Below, piece by piece: positions 8,061-16,823 of a DNA stretch of 56,342 bases. Position numbers and translations under genes: made by a program. The stretch covers positions 1 to 56,342 of the forward strand of contig DASZZT010000020.1 in NCBI GenBank assembly GCA_035543275.1, read 5' to 3'. The DNA is from Luteimonas sp. Lineage in GTDB: Bacteria; Pseudomonadota; Gammaproteobacteria; Xanthomonadales; Xanthomonadaceae. Positions within the stretch are counted from its first letter, which is position 1. Every line of letters starts with the position of its first letter. Under the pieces are notes generated by a model. It was not told where the DNA came from. It worked only from the letters and a program-made list of their open reading frames with translations, and searched no databases.

Positions 8061-8357
8061 TCATAGCTCCTTGAAGGACACGATGAGCACGTCATCAATG
8101 ACCGTGAGTTTCACGTAGACCTCTCCAATTGGCGTGGTTGGCCGGTACACGTCTTGCCAAATCCGATGGTCGGCCTGCGTTGTCATGCTTTTGTAGAAGT
8201 CTGCCGGGGTGAGGGCCAAGACGACGCCGACGATGCCTTCAAAGTCGAACCCCATTGCGGCACCCCCAGCCAGCGCCGACATGGTTGAGCGCACCTTTCC
8301 CGCTTCGATCATGGCTTTGACGACTGACAGTTTGCAGTGAGGTGCGCCTTTTTCCAT
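8061..8357 (-). CDS. mqsR: MqsR mRNA interferase toxin
   Basis: MEKGAPHCKL...DFYKSMTT..DHRIWQDVYRP...LIVSFKEL. Confidence 0.95.
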   Translation of the reverse strand: MEKGAPHCKLSVVKAMIEAGKVRSTMSALAGGAAMGFDFEGIVGVVLALTPADFYKSMTTQADHRIWQDVYRPTTPIGEVYVKLTVIDDVLIVSFKEL

Positions 8358-8362
8358 CGCGG

Positions 8363-8391
8363 ATACTAACCTAGTAGGTTATATTTGGCAA
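8363..8391 (-). promoter_or_regulatory. mqsRA promoter with MqsA operator
   Basis: Minus strand TTGCCA-17 nt-TAGTAT-5 nt-ATG; TAACCT-AGT-AGGTTA at 8367-8381 matches the known MqsA palindrome AACCT-N3-AGGTT. Confidence 0.85.
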
Positions 8392-8469
8392 AGTGATTAA
8401 TGCGCTCGCATACGATCAGGAGAGCATGACGTTCCGCACATTTCGCGCGGGCCATCGCGGAGCGTAGTA

Positions 8470-8515
8470 AAGCCCATCGCGCCCATGCTCTGCAGAAGCA
8501 TGGGGCGCTCCTACA
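8470..8515 (-). repeat. GTAG-family REP
   Basis: Minus strand TGTAGGAGCGCCCCATG-(hairpin insert)-CATGGGCGCGATGGGCT; related copies at 9968-10115. Confidence 0.75.
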
Positions 8516-8538
8516 GGTTTCTGGTTTGGTGGCAAGGG

Positions 8539-9921
8539 CTACACCACCACCTCGTAACACGGCCGGTACTCGCCGGAAATCTTCATCCGGCGCTGCTCCA
8601 CGAACGCGCGCAGCAGTGCATCGAGCGCCTGCATCATGTCCGGGGCGCCGTGGATTTGGTACGGGCCGAGTTCCTCGACGCGGCGCATCCCCTCCTCCTT
8701 GACGTTGCCGGCGACGATGCCCGAGAACGCGCGGCGCAGGTCGGCGGCCAGTTCGAATGGTTTGCGGCCATGGTGCAGATTGAGCGCGGCCATCGCTTCA
8801 TGGGTGGGCACGAACGGCTGCTGGAATTCCAGCGGCACGTCCAGCGACCAGTTGAAGAAGAACGAGTCCCTGTGCGCGATGCGGAACTCGCGCACCTTGC
8901 GGATGCCGGCACGCATGCGCCGGGCGACCTCGGCGCAGTCGCCGGTCACGATCTGGTAGCGCGCGGTCGCAGCCTCGCCCAGGGTCAGGCGCAGGAACTG
9001 GTCGATCTGCTGGAAGTACGGCGCCGATGAGGTCGGGCCGGTGAGGATCAGCGGGAACGGCAGCTGCGCGTTCTCCTCGCGCAGCAGGATGCCGAGCAGA
9101 TACAGGATCTCCTCGCAGGTGCCGACGCCGCCCGGGAAAACGATGATGCCGTGGCCGATGCGGACGAAGGATTCCAGCCGCTTCTCGATGTCCGGCAGGA
9201 TCACCAGGTGGTTGACGATCGGATTCGGCGACTCGGCTGCAATGATGCCCGGCTCGGTGAGGCCGATGTAGCGCATGCGCCGACGACGCTGCTTGGCATG
9301 GGCGATAGTGGCGCCCTTCATCGGTCCTTTCATTGCGCCCGGGCCGCAGCCGGTGCAGATGTCCAGCCCGCGCAGCCCGAGTTCGTAGCCGACCTGCTTG
9401 GTGTAGAGGTATTCGTCGCGATTGATCGAATGCCCACCCCAGCACACCACCAGGTTGGGGTCGCCCGGATTCAGTACGCGGGCGTTGCGCAGCAAGCGGA
9501 ATACGGCGTCGGTGATGCCGGCGGAGGTGCCGAGCTCATCGGCGTATTCGGGCGCGAGCTCGACCGCGGTGTAGATCAGGTCGCGCACCACCGCGAACAG
9601 CAACTCGGCGACGCCGCGGATGAGCTCGCCATCGACGAACGCCATCGCCGGCGCGTTGAACAGGTCCAGACGCAGGCCGCGGTCCTGCTGCAACACCTGG
9701 ATATCGAAATCCGCATAGAACTCGCGCGCGGCACGCGGATCATCGGACGTGCTGCCGGTGGTCAGCACCGCCAGCGCGCAGCGACGTAGCAGCTCGTGCA
9801 TGCCGCCGGCGGAGGCGTCGCGCAGGCGCGCGACTTCCTCGCGCGAGAGCACGTCGAGGCCGCCGCTTGGATAGATGTGGGCGTTGAGGGTGGGGAGCGT
9901 GGGAGTGGCGATATCGTTCAT
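8539..9921 (-). CDS. ppnN: Nucleotide 5'-monophosphate nucleosidase PpnN (LOG family)
   Basis: VVCWGGHSI, CTGCGPGAMKGPMKGA and FPGGVGT..E motifs. Confidence 0.93.
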   Translation of the reverse strand: MNDIATPTLPTLNAHIYPSGGLDVLSREEVARLRDASAGGMHELLRRCALAVLTTGSTSDDPRAAREFYADFDIQVLQQDRGLRLDLFNAPAMAFVDGELIRGVAELLFAVVRDLIYTAVELAPEYADELGTSAGITDAVFRLLRNARVLNPGDPNLVVCWGGHSINRDEYLYTKQVGYELGLRGLDICTGCGPGAMKGPMKGATIAHAKQRRRRMRYIGLTEPGIIAAESPNPIVNHLVILPDIEKRLESFVRIGHGIIVFPGGVGTCEEILYLLGILLREENAQLPFPLILTGPTSSAPYFQQIDQFLRLTLGEAATARYQIVTGDCAEVARRMRAGIRKVREFRIAHRDSFFFNWSLDVPLEFQQPFVPTHEAMAALNLHHGRKPFELAADLRRAFSGIVAGNVKEEGMRRVEELGPYQIHGAPDMMQALDALLRAFVEQRRMKISGEYRPCYEVVV

Positions 9922-9967
9922 TCGGCGGCGGCAAGCGGTAGACCGCTGACTGTAACGCACACTCCCC

Positions 9968-10115
9968 TGCAGGAGCGCCCCGTGCTCGTTCAGAGCATGG
10001 GCGCGATACTTTTGGCGCGCTGTTTCGCCGTGATGTTTTCACCGGTAGAGCCCATCGCGCCCATGGGGCGCTCCTACAAATGCGGGTTGCTTCGCGCCCT
10101 TAGGGCGCTCCTACA
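9968..10115. repeat. GTAG-family REP cluster (REPIN-like)
   Basis: GCAGGAGCGCCCC..CATGGGCGCGA facing TCGCGCCCATGGGGCGCTCCTACA (10054-10078), plus TCGCGCCCTTAGGGCGCTCCTACA. Confidence 0.8.
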
Positions 10116-10126
10116 AATGCGGCAGG

Positions 10127-10720
10127 TCAGCCGGCGCCCTTGAGATAGACGCCGAGGCCGTCGAGGAACATCTGCACCGAGATCGCCACGATCACCATGC
10201 CCATCAGCCGCTCGATCGCTATCAGCACGCGCAAACCCAGCCATTTGTAGAGGTAGGTGGCCGAGAACAGGATCACCGCGGTCGCGGCCCACGCGATCAT
10301 CAGCGCCAGGCTCCAGGCGCCCATGCGGTCGGGCTCCTGGCTGCCCATCAGCATCACGGCTGCCATGCCCGAGGGCCCGGCCACCATCGGGATCGCCAGC
10401 GGCACGATGAACGGTTCGCCCTCCGGCAGGTCGCCCATCAGGCCTTCTGGTGGCGGGAAGATCATGCGCAGGCCGATCAGGAACAGCACGATGCCGCCGG
10501 CGATCGAGACCGACTCCTGGCGCAGGTGCATGAGATCCAGCGCATAGCGCCCGCCCCACAGGAACAGCATCAGCACGCCGAGCGCGATCAGCAACTCGCG
10601 CATCACCACGATCCGCTGCCGCTGCGGCGGCAGGCCGCGCAGCAGGCCGAGGAATACCGGGATGTTGCCGAGCGGATCAAGGATCAGGAACAGCAGCAGC
10701 GCGGCCGAGGCAATGGTCAT
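10127..10720 (-). CDS. MarC-family membrane protein
   Basis: LFLILDPLGNIPVF, IVPLAIPMVAGP and ERLMG motifs. Confidence 0.92.
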   Translation of the reverse strand: MTIASAALLLFLILDPLGNIPVFLGLLRGLPPQRQRIVVMRELLIALGVLMLFLWGGRYALDLMHLRQESVSIAGGIVLFLIGLRMIFPPPEGLMGDLPEGEPFIVPLAIPMVAGPSGMAAVMLMGSQEPDRMGAWSLALMIAWAATAVILFSATYLYKWLGLRVLIAIERLMGMVIVAISVQMFLDGLGVYLKGAG

Positions 10721-11460
10721 GCGCGCACGTCCCAGATCTGGCCGCGATGCGCCACACCTGCGTTGGACAGCAAGGTGACGCAGGCGTCGGCGTAGGCAGT
10801 TGGATCGCGTGCGATCTTGTCATCCTCTTCGACGAACGCCTTCGCGCGCAGCGCGGTGCGCATCGGCCCGGGTTGCAATGCACTTATGCGTACGCTGCCG
10901 TTGGCGAGTTCGGCATGGAGCATTCCGACCAGCGCGGCGAGCCCGTGCTGGGCGACACCATAGCCACCCCAGAACGCCTGCCGCGTCTGCTGCGGATCGT
11001 CGAGTGCGAAGACTACTGCTGAGTCTTCGGCTTTCGACAGCAACGGCAGGCAGGCCTGGGACAGCCACCACGGCGCGGTCAGGTTGACGTGCAGCGCGCG
11101 CGCGAACGCGGCCGGATCGGTGTGCACGAGCGGGGTCAGGCCGCGAAATTCGGCGGCGCAGTGCAGCAGGCCATCGAGATGGCCGAGTTCGGTTTCGATC
11201 CGCGACGCGAGTTCCGCATAGTCGTCGGGCGCGGCACCTTCGAGGTCGAGCGGATACAACAGCGGCTGCGGGCCGACCTCGGCCAGCGTGTCGTAGAGAC
11301 GATTCAATTTTGGCAGCTTGCGGCCGAGCAGCACGACGGTCGCGCCGGCACGTGCGCAGGCCAGCGACGCGGCGCTTCCGAGCCCGCCGTGCGCACCGGA
11401 GACCAGCACCACGCGTCCTGCCAGCGCGCCTGCGCCGGCATTGGCCGGCACCGCACTCAC
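10717..11460 (-). CDS. SDR oxidoreductase (YciK-like)
   Basis: SGAHGGLG Rossmann motif, PGPMRT; YGVAQ replaces YxxxK. Confidence 0.88.
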   Translation of the reverse strand: MSAVPANAGAGALAGRVVLVSGAHGGLGSAASLACARAGATVVLLGRKLPKLNRLYDTLAEVGPQPLLYPLDLEGAAPDDYAELASRIETELGHLDGLLHCAAEFRGLTPLVHTDPAAFARALHVNLTAPWWLSQACLPLLSKAEDSAVVFALDDPQQTRQAFWGGYGVAQHGLAALVGMLHAELANGSVRISALQPGPMRTALRAKAFVEEDDKIARDPTAYADACVTLLSNAGVAHRGQIWDVRA

Positions 11461-11777
11461 GCCTTCTGCGCTTCCGCGATCATGCGCGCCAGCTCACCGG
11501 ACTCCAGCAGTTCCAGGGTGATGTCGCAGCCACCGATCAACTCGCCCTGGATGAACAGCTGCGGGAACGTCGGCCAGTTGGAATAGCGCGGCAGGTTGGC
11601 GCGGATTTCGGGTTCTTCCAGCACGTTGACCGTGTGCATGCCGGTGGCGCCGGCGGCCTTCAACGCCTGCACCGTGCGGCTGGAAAAGCCGCACATCGGG
11701 AACTGCGACGTGCCCTTCATGAAAAGGACGATCGGATGGCCTTCGACTTCGGCCTGGATCCGTTGTGACATCTGCAT
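11457..11777 (-). CDS. grxD: Monothiol glutaredoxin Grx4
   Basis: LFMKGT..PMCGFS, WPTFPQLFI.GELIGGCDI; AGGAG RBS. Confidence 0.95.
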   Translation of the reverse strand: MQMSQRIQAEVEGHPIVLFMKGTSQFPMCGFSSRTVQALKAAGATGMHTVNVLEEPEIRANLPRYSNWPTFPQLFIQGELIGGCDITLELLESGELARMIAEAQKA

Positions 11778-11914
11778 CAGCATCTCCTGCAAAGCACCGC
11801 GGCCGGCAATTGACGGGCCGGCCACGGGCGTGGGGGGTAGAATTCGTATTGTAAGACTTCCCGCGGCGAGGCATCCGCGCCGCCCCGCCCCCTACGTCCA
11901 AAGGAGCCATCAAA

Positions 11915-12493
11915 ATGGCCATCGAACTGCCCCCCCTGCCCTTTGATCGCGCCGCGCTCGAGCCGCACATCTCCGGCGAAACCATCGACTTCCACTACGG
12001 CAAGCACCACAAGGCCTACGTCGACAACCTCAACAAGATGATCGGGGGCACGCAGTTCGCCGAAATGCCGCTGGAGGACATCATCCGCAAGGCCCAGGGC
12101 GCGATGTTCAACAATGCAGCGCAGGTGTGGAACCACACCTTCTATTGGAATTGCCTCAAGCCTGCGGGTGGCGGCGAGCCGAGCGGCAAGCTCGCCGACG
12201 CGATCGCCAAGGCGTTCGGCGATTTCGCCAAATTCAAGGAACAGTTCAGCGACACCGCGGTGAAGACCTTCGGCTCGGGTTGGGCCTGGCTGGTGCAGCG
12301 CCCGGATGGCGCGCTGGCGCTGGCGAGCACGCCCAACGCGGCGACCCCGCTGACCGGCGAGGACACCGCGCTGCTCACCTGCGACGTCTGGGAGCACGCG
12401 TATTACATCGACTACCGCAATGCGCGGCCGAAGTACGTCGAGGCGTTCTGGAACCTGGTCAATTGGGATTTCGTCGCGTCGAACATGCGCTGA
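11915..12493 (+). CDS. sodB: Fe superoxide dismutase
   Basis: [16 protein letters not shown] (Fe-type), DVWEHAYY. Confidence 0.93.
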   Translation: MAIELPPLPFDRAALEPHISGETIDFHYGKHHKAYVDNLNKMIGGTQFAEMPLEDIIRKAQGAMFNNAAQVWNHTFYWNCLKPAGGGEPSGKLADAIAKAFGDFAKFKEQFSDTAVKTFGSGWAWLVQRPDGALALASTPNAATPLTGEDTALLTCDVWEHAYYIDYRNARPKYVEAFWNLVNWDFVASNMR

Positions 12494-12516
12494 TCAAAAT
12501 CGTCAACGGCAGTATG

Positions 12517-12550
12517 CAAACGGTCGGGCAATCTGGCCGTTTGTTTTCTT
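12517..12550 (+). terminator. Probable intrinsic terminator after sodB
   Basis: CAAACGGTCGG...CTGGCCGTTTG hairpin (with G-U pairs) followed by TTTTCTT. Confidence 0.65.
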
Positions 12551-12555
12551 GGCCC

Positions 12556-12691
12556 GTCATTCCCGCGCAGGCGGGAATCCAGTGACGTTGCTGCTGCTTC
12601 AAAGATGCTGTTCGCGATGCGGGTTGGCGCTGCGGAACGAGGCGCTACCGAAACAACAAAGTCGCTGAATTCCCGCCTACGCGGGAATGAC
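12556..12691. repeat. CGTC-family REP inverted pair (REPIN-like)
   Basis: GTCATTCCCGCGCAGGCGGGAATCCAGTGAC (12556-12586) and its inverted copy (12661-12691). Confidence 0.85.
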
Positions 12692-13837
12692 GAGCAAGTC
12701 GCGCAGCCGCCCGACCACGGGCGCGACCTGAGCCTCTCGCCCAAGCGCAGCGCCGACGTGCCCCAGCGCTGCCGCCAGTTCGTCGCTCGAATCCGTACGC
12801 AACGTCGCATGCCCGACCTTGCGACCCGCACGCGACGACTTGCCGTAATCGTGCCAGTGGCCACCAGCTTCGCGCAGCACGACGTTGGCGTCGGGAAGTT
12901 CGCCGATCCAGTTGAGCATGCAGGCATGACCGAGCATGCGGGTGTCGCCCAGCGGCAGGCCGAGTACCGCACGCAGGTGGTTCTGGAACTGCGAGGTCTC
13001 GCTGCCCTCGATCGTCCAGTGGCCGGAGTTGTGCACGCGCGGGGCCAGCTCGTTGGCGAGCAGTTCGCCATCGCGACAGAACAGTTCCAGCGCGAACACG
13101 CCGACGTAGTCGAGTGCTTCGGCCAGGGCCCTGGCATGCGCGAATGCGGTGGCGGCCAGCGCGTCGCTGACCCTGGCCGGCGCCAGGCTCGCCGACAGCA
13201 CGCCGTCGACATGCCAGTTCTCGGTCAGCGGCCAGCTGCGGAATTCGCCGTCGCGGCCGCGCACCGCGACCACGCTCAGTTCGCGCTCGAAGGCGATGAA
13301 GCCTTCCAGGATCAGCCCGACCGTCGTCGCCTGCGAACCGAGTGCGTCCCACGCGGAGTCGGTATCGGCGTCGGACTTGAGGCGGAACTGGCCCTTGCCG
13401 TCGTAGCCCAGGCGGCGGGTCTTGAGGATGCAGGGCGTGCCGATGGTCGCGATCGCCGCATCGAGTTCGGCGCGCGTCGCGATCGCGGCAAAGGGCGGCA
13501 CCGGAATGCCGAGTTCGCGGAACAAGGTCTTCTCGGCGAGGCGGTCCTGGGCGACGCCCAGCGCGCGCGGGCTCGGGAACACCGGCACGCGTTCGCTGAG
13601 CCATTGCGCGGACTCGGCCGGCACGTTCTCGAAGTCGAAGGTGGCGACGTCGATCTGCGACGCAAACTCCGCCAGCGCGGCCTCGTCGCGGTAGTCGCCC
13701 ACCACCATCGGCAAGAACTGCCCGGCGCAGGCGTCGTCCGCGGTGTCCATCACCAGGAAACGCAGGCCCAGCGGCGCGCCGGAAAGCGCGAGCATGCGGG
13801 CCAGTTGCCCGCCGCCGAGGATGCCGACGGTGGTCAT
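12677..13837 (-). CDS. purK: N5-CAIR synthase
   Basis: VGILGGGQLARM, RRLGYDGKGQ, NELAPRVHNSGHWT, GRKVGH. Confidence 0.95.
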   Translation of the reverse strand: MTTVGILGGGQLARMLALSGAPLGLRFLVMDTADDACAGQFLPMVVGDYRDEAALAEFASQIDVATFDFENVPAESAQWLSERVPVFPSPRALGVAQDRLAEKTLFRELGIPVPPFAAIATRAELDAAIATIGTPCILKTRRLGYDGKGQFRLKSDADTDSAWDALGSQATTVGLILEGFIAFERELSVVAVRGRDGEFRSWPLTENWHVDGVLSASLAPARVSDALAATAFAHARALAEALDYVGVFALELFCRDGELLANELAPRVHNSGHWTIEGSETSQFQNHLRAVLGLPLGDTRMLGHACMLNWIGELPDANVVLREAGGHWHDYGKSSRAGRKVGHATLRTDSSDELAAALGHVGAALGREAQVAPVVGRLRDLLVIPA

Positions 13838-13847
13838 CGCGCGCCGT

Positions 13848-14351
13848 TCACTTGCGTGGATCGTCGTTGGCGGTGACTTCGCCGGTCTGCCTGTCGCGGA
13901 ACGCCGCGAGCGCAGCCGCGATCTTCGGGTCGTCGTGCGCCAGTATCGCCGCGGCGAACAACGCCGCGTTGGCGGCGCCGGCGTTGCCGATGGCGAAGGT
14001 CGCAACCGGAATTCCGGCCGGCATCTGCACGATCGACAGCAGCGAGTCCATGCCGTTGAGCGCCTTGGACTGCACGGGCACGCCGAGCACCGGCACCGCG
14101 GTCTTCGCCGCGAGCATGCCCGGCAGGTGTGCGGCGCCGCCGGCACCAGCAATGATGATGCGCAAGCCACGCGACTGCGCGCTGGCGGCGTATTCGAACA
14201 ACGCATCCGGGGTGCGATGCGCGGAAATCACGCGCACCTCATGCGCAATGCCGAGCGCGTCGAGCTTTGCCGCAGCGTGCTGCATCGTCTCCCAGTCGGA
14301 GCGCGAGCCCATCACGATGCCGACCAGCGGGCTTGTCAGGTTGGCAGACAT
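13848..14351 (-). CDS. purE: N5-CAIR mutase
   Basis: [40 protein letters not shown]. Confidence 0.96.
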   Translation of the reverse strand: MSANLTSPLVGIVMGSRSDWETMQHAAAKLDALGIAHEVRVISAHRTPDALFEYAASAQSRGLRIIIAGAGGAAHLPGMLAAKTAVPVLGVPVQSKALNGMDSLLSIVQMPAGIPVATFAIGNAGAANAALFAAAILAHDDPKIAAALAAFRDRQTGEVTANDDPRK

Positions 14352-14424
14352 GGTCGTCCCCAGTCGCAAACACGTATTCTACCGGCCTCGCGCGCATCCG
14401 CGCTTGTTCGCAGCTGGTATCGCC

Positions 14425-14694
14425 ATGGACCGGAAACTCCTCGACATCCTCGCCTGCCCGGCCACGCGCCAGCCGCTGGCGTTGCTGGAGCCGCGCGGAC
14501 TCGACGCACTCAATCGCGCCATCGTCGCCGGCGGCATCCGCCGTGTCGACGACACCCCACAATCGGAACCGCTACGCGAAGCGCTGGTCACGCGCGACCG
14601 CAAGCTCGCCTACCGCATCGACGACGGCATCCCGGTGCTGCTGGTCGAGGAAGGCATCGCCACTGGCCAGGTCGCCGGTTTTCCGAAGGAATGA
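14425..14694 (+). CDS. Trm112-family protein
   Basis: MDRKLLDILACP...YRIDDGIPVLL. Confidence 0.88.
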   Translation: MDRKLLDILACPATRQPLALLEPRGLDALNRAIVAGGIRRVDDTPQSEPLREALVTRDRKLAYRIDDGIPVLLVEEGIATGQVAGFPKE

Positions 14695-15578
14695 GTTCCG
14701 GCGGCATGCGCCACGACTTTGCGCCACCGCCGGCAGGCGTGGTCGCGGCCGATGTGGCGCGCGCATTGGCCGAGGATCTCGGCAGCGGCGACGTCACCGC
14801 CGAGCTGCTGCCCGATCACGCTGATAGCGCGTACCTGCTGTGCAAGGAAGACGCCGTCATCTGCGGACGGCCGTGGTTCGACGCCTGCCATCGCGCGCTG
14901 GATCCGGACGTGCGCATCGACTGGCGCGTAGCCGAAGGCGATCGTGTCGGCGCGGGCACCGTGCTGGCCACGCTCACCGGCCACGCGCGCGCGCTGGTCA
15001 GCGCCGAACGCGTGGCCTTGAACTTCCTGCAGACGCTCAGCGGCACCGCGACCACCACCGTGGCTTATGTCGATGCCGTACGTGGCACCCGGGCGCGGAT
15101 CCTCGATACCCGCAAGACCATCCCCGGCCTGCGCCTGGCACAGAAGTACGCGGTGCGCGTCGGCGGCGGCAGCAACCATCGCATCGGCCTGTTCGATGCG
15201 GTGATGCTGAAGGAAAACCATATCCGCGCCGCGGGTTCACTGACCGCCGCGATCCGCACCGCGCGTGCGCTGCACCCGGCATTGCCGCTGATCGTGGAAG
15301 TGGAAACGCTGGCGCAGCTGGAACAGGCCTTGCACGAGGGTTGCACCCGCATCCTGATCGATGACTTCGATGCCCGGACCCGGCGTGAGGCGGTACGCAT
15401 CGCGGCAGGCGCGCCGTTCAATGGCACGATCCCACTGGAAGTATCCGGCGGCGTGGATCTGTCCACAGTGCGTGCGATCGCGGAGGACGGGGTCGATTGC
15501 ATCTCGATCGGCGCGCTGACCAAGCACGTGCGCGCCATCGACCTGTCGATGAAGCTCGGCCTGCCGCCGGCCGTTTGA
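14691..15578 (+). CDS. nadC: Quinolinate phosphoribosyltransferase
   Basis: ALAEDLGSGDVT, LDTRKTIPGLR, NHRIGLFDAVMLKENH, EVSGG. Confidence 0.95.
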   Translation: MSSGGMRHDFAPPPAGVVAADVARALAEDLGSGDVTAELLPDHADSAYLLCKEDAVICGRPWFDACHRALDPDVRIDWRVAEGDRVGAGTVLATLTGHARALVSAERVALNFLQTLSGTATTTVAYVDAVRGTRARILDTRKTIPGLRLAQKYAVRVGGGSNHRIGLFDAVMLKENHIRAAGSLTAAIRTARALHPALPLIVEVETLAQLEQALHEGCTRILIDDFDARTRREAVRIAAGAPFNGTIPLEVSGGVDLSTVRAIAEDGVDCISIGALTKHVRAIDLSMKLGLPPAV

Positions 15579-15590
15579 CTCTTTAGCGGC

Positions 15591-16367
15591 TCAGCGCAGC
15601 AGCGCGGCAATCCAGAGGCCCGCGAGCGCGAGTGCGGCAACCCCAACCCACCACCACGGCGATACAGCCGAACGCACCGCGACCGGTACGGCAGCTGACG
15701 CGGGATCCTGCTTGCCGGGCGCGGCCAGGCGAAAACGCACCGTGTCGAAACCGATCTCGTCACCGACCGCGGCGAAGCCACGCTGCACGCGCTTGCCGTT
15801 GATGAAGCTGCCGTTGGTCGAGCCCAGATCCTCGATCTGCAGGCCGTCACCGGTCGGCACGATGCGCGCGTGCTGGCGCGACAAGCCGGTCTCGTCGATG
15901 CGCAGGGCGCATTCGGGCGCGCGCCCGACCAACGTCGGGCCGAGCAGCGGATAGCAGCGCCCCAGGGCAGGGCCGGAGACGCCGCGCAGCACGTACTTCG
16001 GCAGCACCGGCCGGATGGCGGTCGCGCCCGGATCATCGTTGGCCGGCGCCGGCAACGGCCCGGTATGGCGATGGACCGGCGCGGCGGCCTCGAGCGAGGC
16101 CAGTCGCGCCTGCACGCGGTCGAAGCTGACGCTGTCGCCCTGGCGCAATGCGATCAGCCCGTCGACCGCGCGGCCGTTGACGCTGACGGTGGTGCCGTGC
16201 GGTACCTGCAGCATCACACCGTGTGCGGTCACGTGCAGCTCGCAGTGCTGTGGCAGCACGCCCGGGCGATCGAGCACGATCGTGGCCTGCGGATCGGAAC
16301 CGATCCGGCTGATGCCGGGACCGAGCAGGACCTGCGGATGTTCGCCGCCGGGGAAGACGAGTTTCAT
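15591..16367 (-). CDS. Double FHA-domain membrane protein
   Basis: Second FHA canonical (VGR..SRQHA..DLGSTNGSFING), first degenerate; C-terminal TM segment. Confidence 0.85.
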   Translation of the reverse strand: MKLVFPGGEHPQVLLGPGISRIGSDPQATIVLDRPGVLPQHCELHVTAHGVMLQVPHGTTVSVNGRAVDGLIALRQGDSVSFDRVQARLASLEAAAPVHRHTGPLPAPANDDPGATAIRPVLPKYVLRGVSGPALGRCYPLLGPTLVGRAPECALRIDETGLSRQHARIVPTGDGLQIEDLGSTNGSFINGKRVQRGFAAVGDEIGFDTVRFRLAAPGKQDPASAAVPVAVRSAVSPWWWVGVAALALAGLWIAALLR

Positions 16368-16443
16368 GGCTGGGTGGGCTCCGTTTGGGGAATCGTATGC
16401 CAAGACGCTTGCGACCGGGAGGGGCCACCGCCACATTAGGCGG

Positions 16444-16770
16444 ATGCCGACCCTACTCGTCGTGATGATCGTGGCCGCGGCGGCGTTCGCCTTCTGGAGC
16501 GCCGCACGCGCCGCCGCCGAACGCGCCGAACAGGTCGGGCGCGACGCCTGCCACGCAGCCGGGGTGCAGTGGCTCGACCAGACCGTGCACGCCAGCGGCC
16601 TGCGCCTGCGCCGTCGCAACGATGGCCGGCTCGGCTTCGAGCGCAGCTTCCGCTTCGAGTATTCCGAGGACGGCAGCGACCGTCATGTCGGCCGGGTAGT
16701 GCTGCATGGCGAGCAGCTGGTCGCGTTCAGCGGGCCGACCCGCGCGGCCTCGGTTATCACGCTGCACTGA
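16444..16770 (+). CDS. DUF3301-family protein
   Basis: N-terminal TM, C...GVQWLDQTV, FRFEYS.DG.DR. Confidence 0.8.
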   Translation: MPTLLVVMIVAAAAFAFWSAARAAAERAEQVGRDACHAAGVQWLDQTVHASGLRLRRRNDGRLGFERSFRFEYSEDGSDRHVGRVVLHGEQLVAFSGPTRAASVITLH

Positions 16771-16823
16771 ACGCCGCGCTTCACTGAAAGCCCCACTGCA
16801 CTGAAAGCCGCGCTGCGCTGAAG
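16761..16823. repeat. 17-bp degenerate tandem repeat (~3.7 units)
   Basis: gctgcactgaacgccgc / gcttcactgaaagcccc / actgcactgaaagccgc / gctgcgctgaag between convergent stops. Confidence 0.7.

Noticed and set aside
11810-11843. TTGACG...TAGAAT promoter for sodB
   Set aside because: The 22-nt spacing is too long for a sigma70 pair.
13743-14690. Long N-terminal extension of the nadC ORF (likewise for purK, tsaB, gshB, pilW, sspB, relA)
   Set aside because: Extensions overlap real neighbouring genes; true starts were chosen from homology, RBS and stop/start overlaps.
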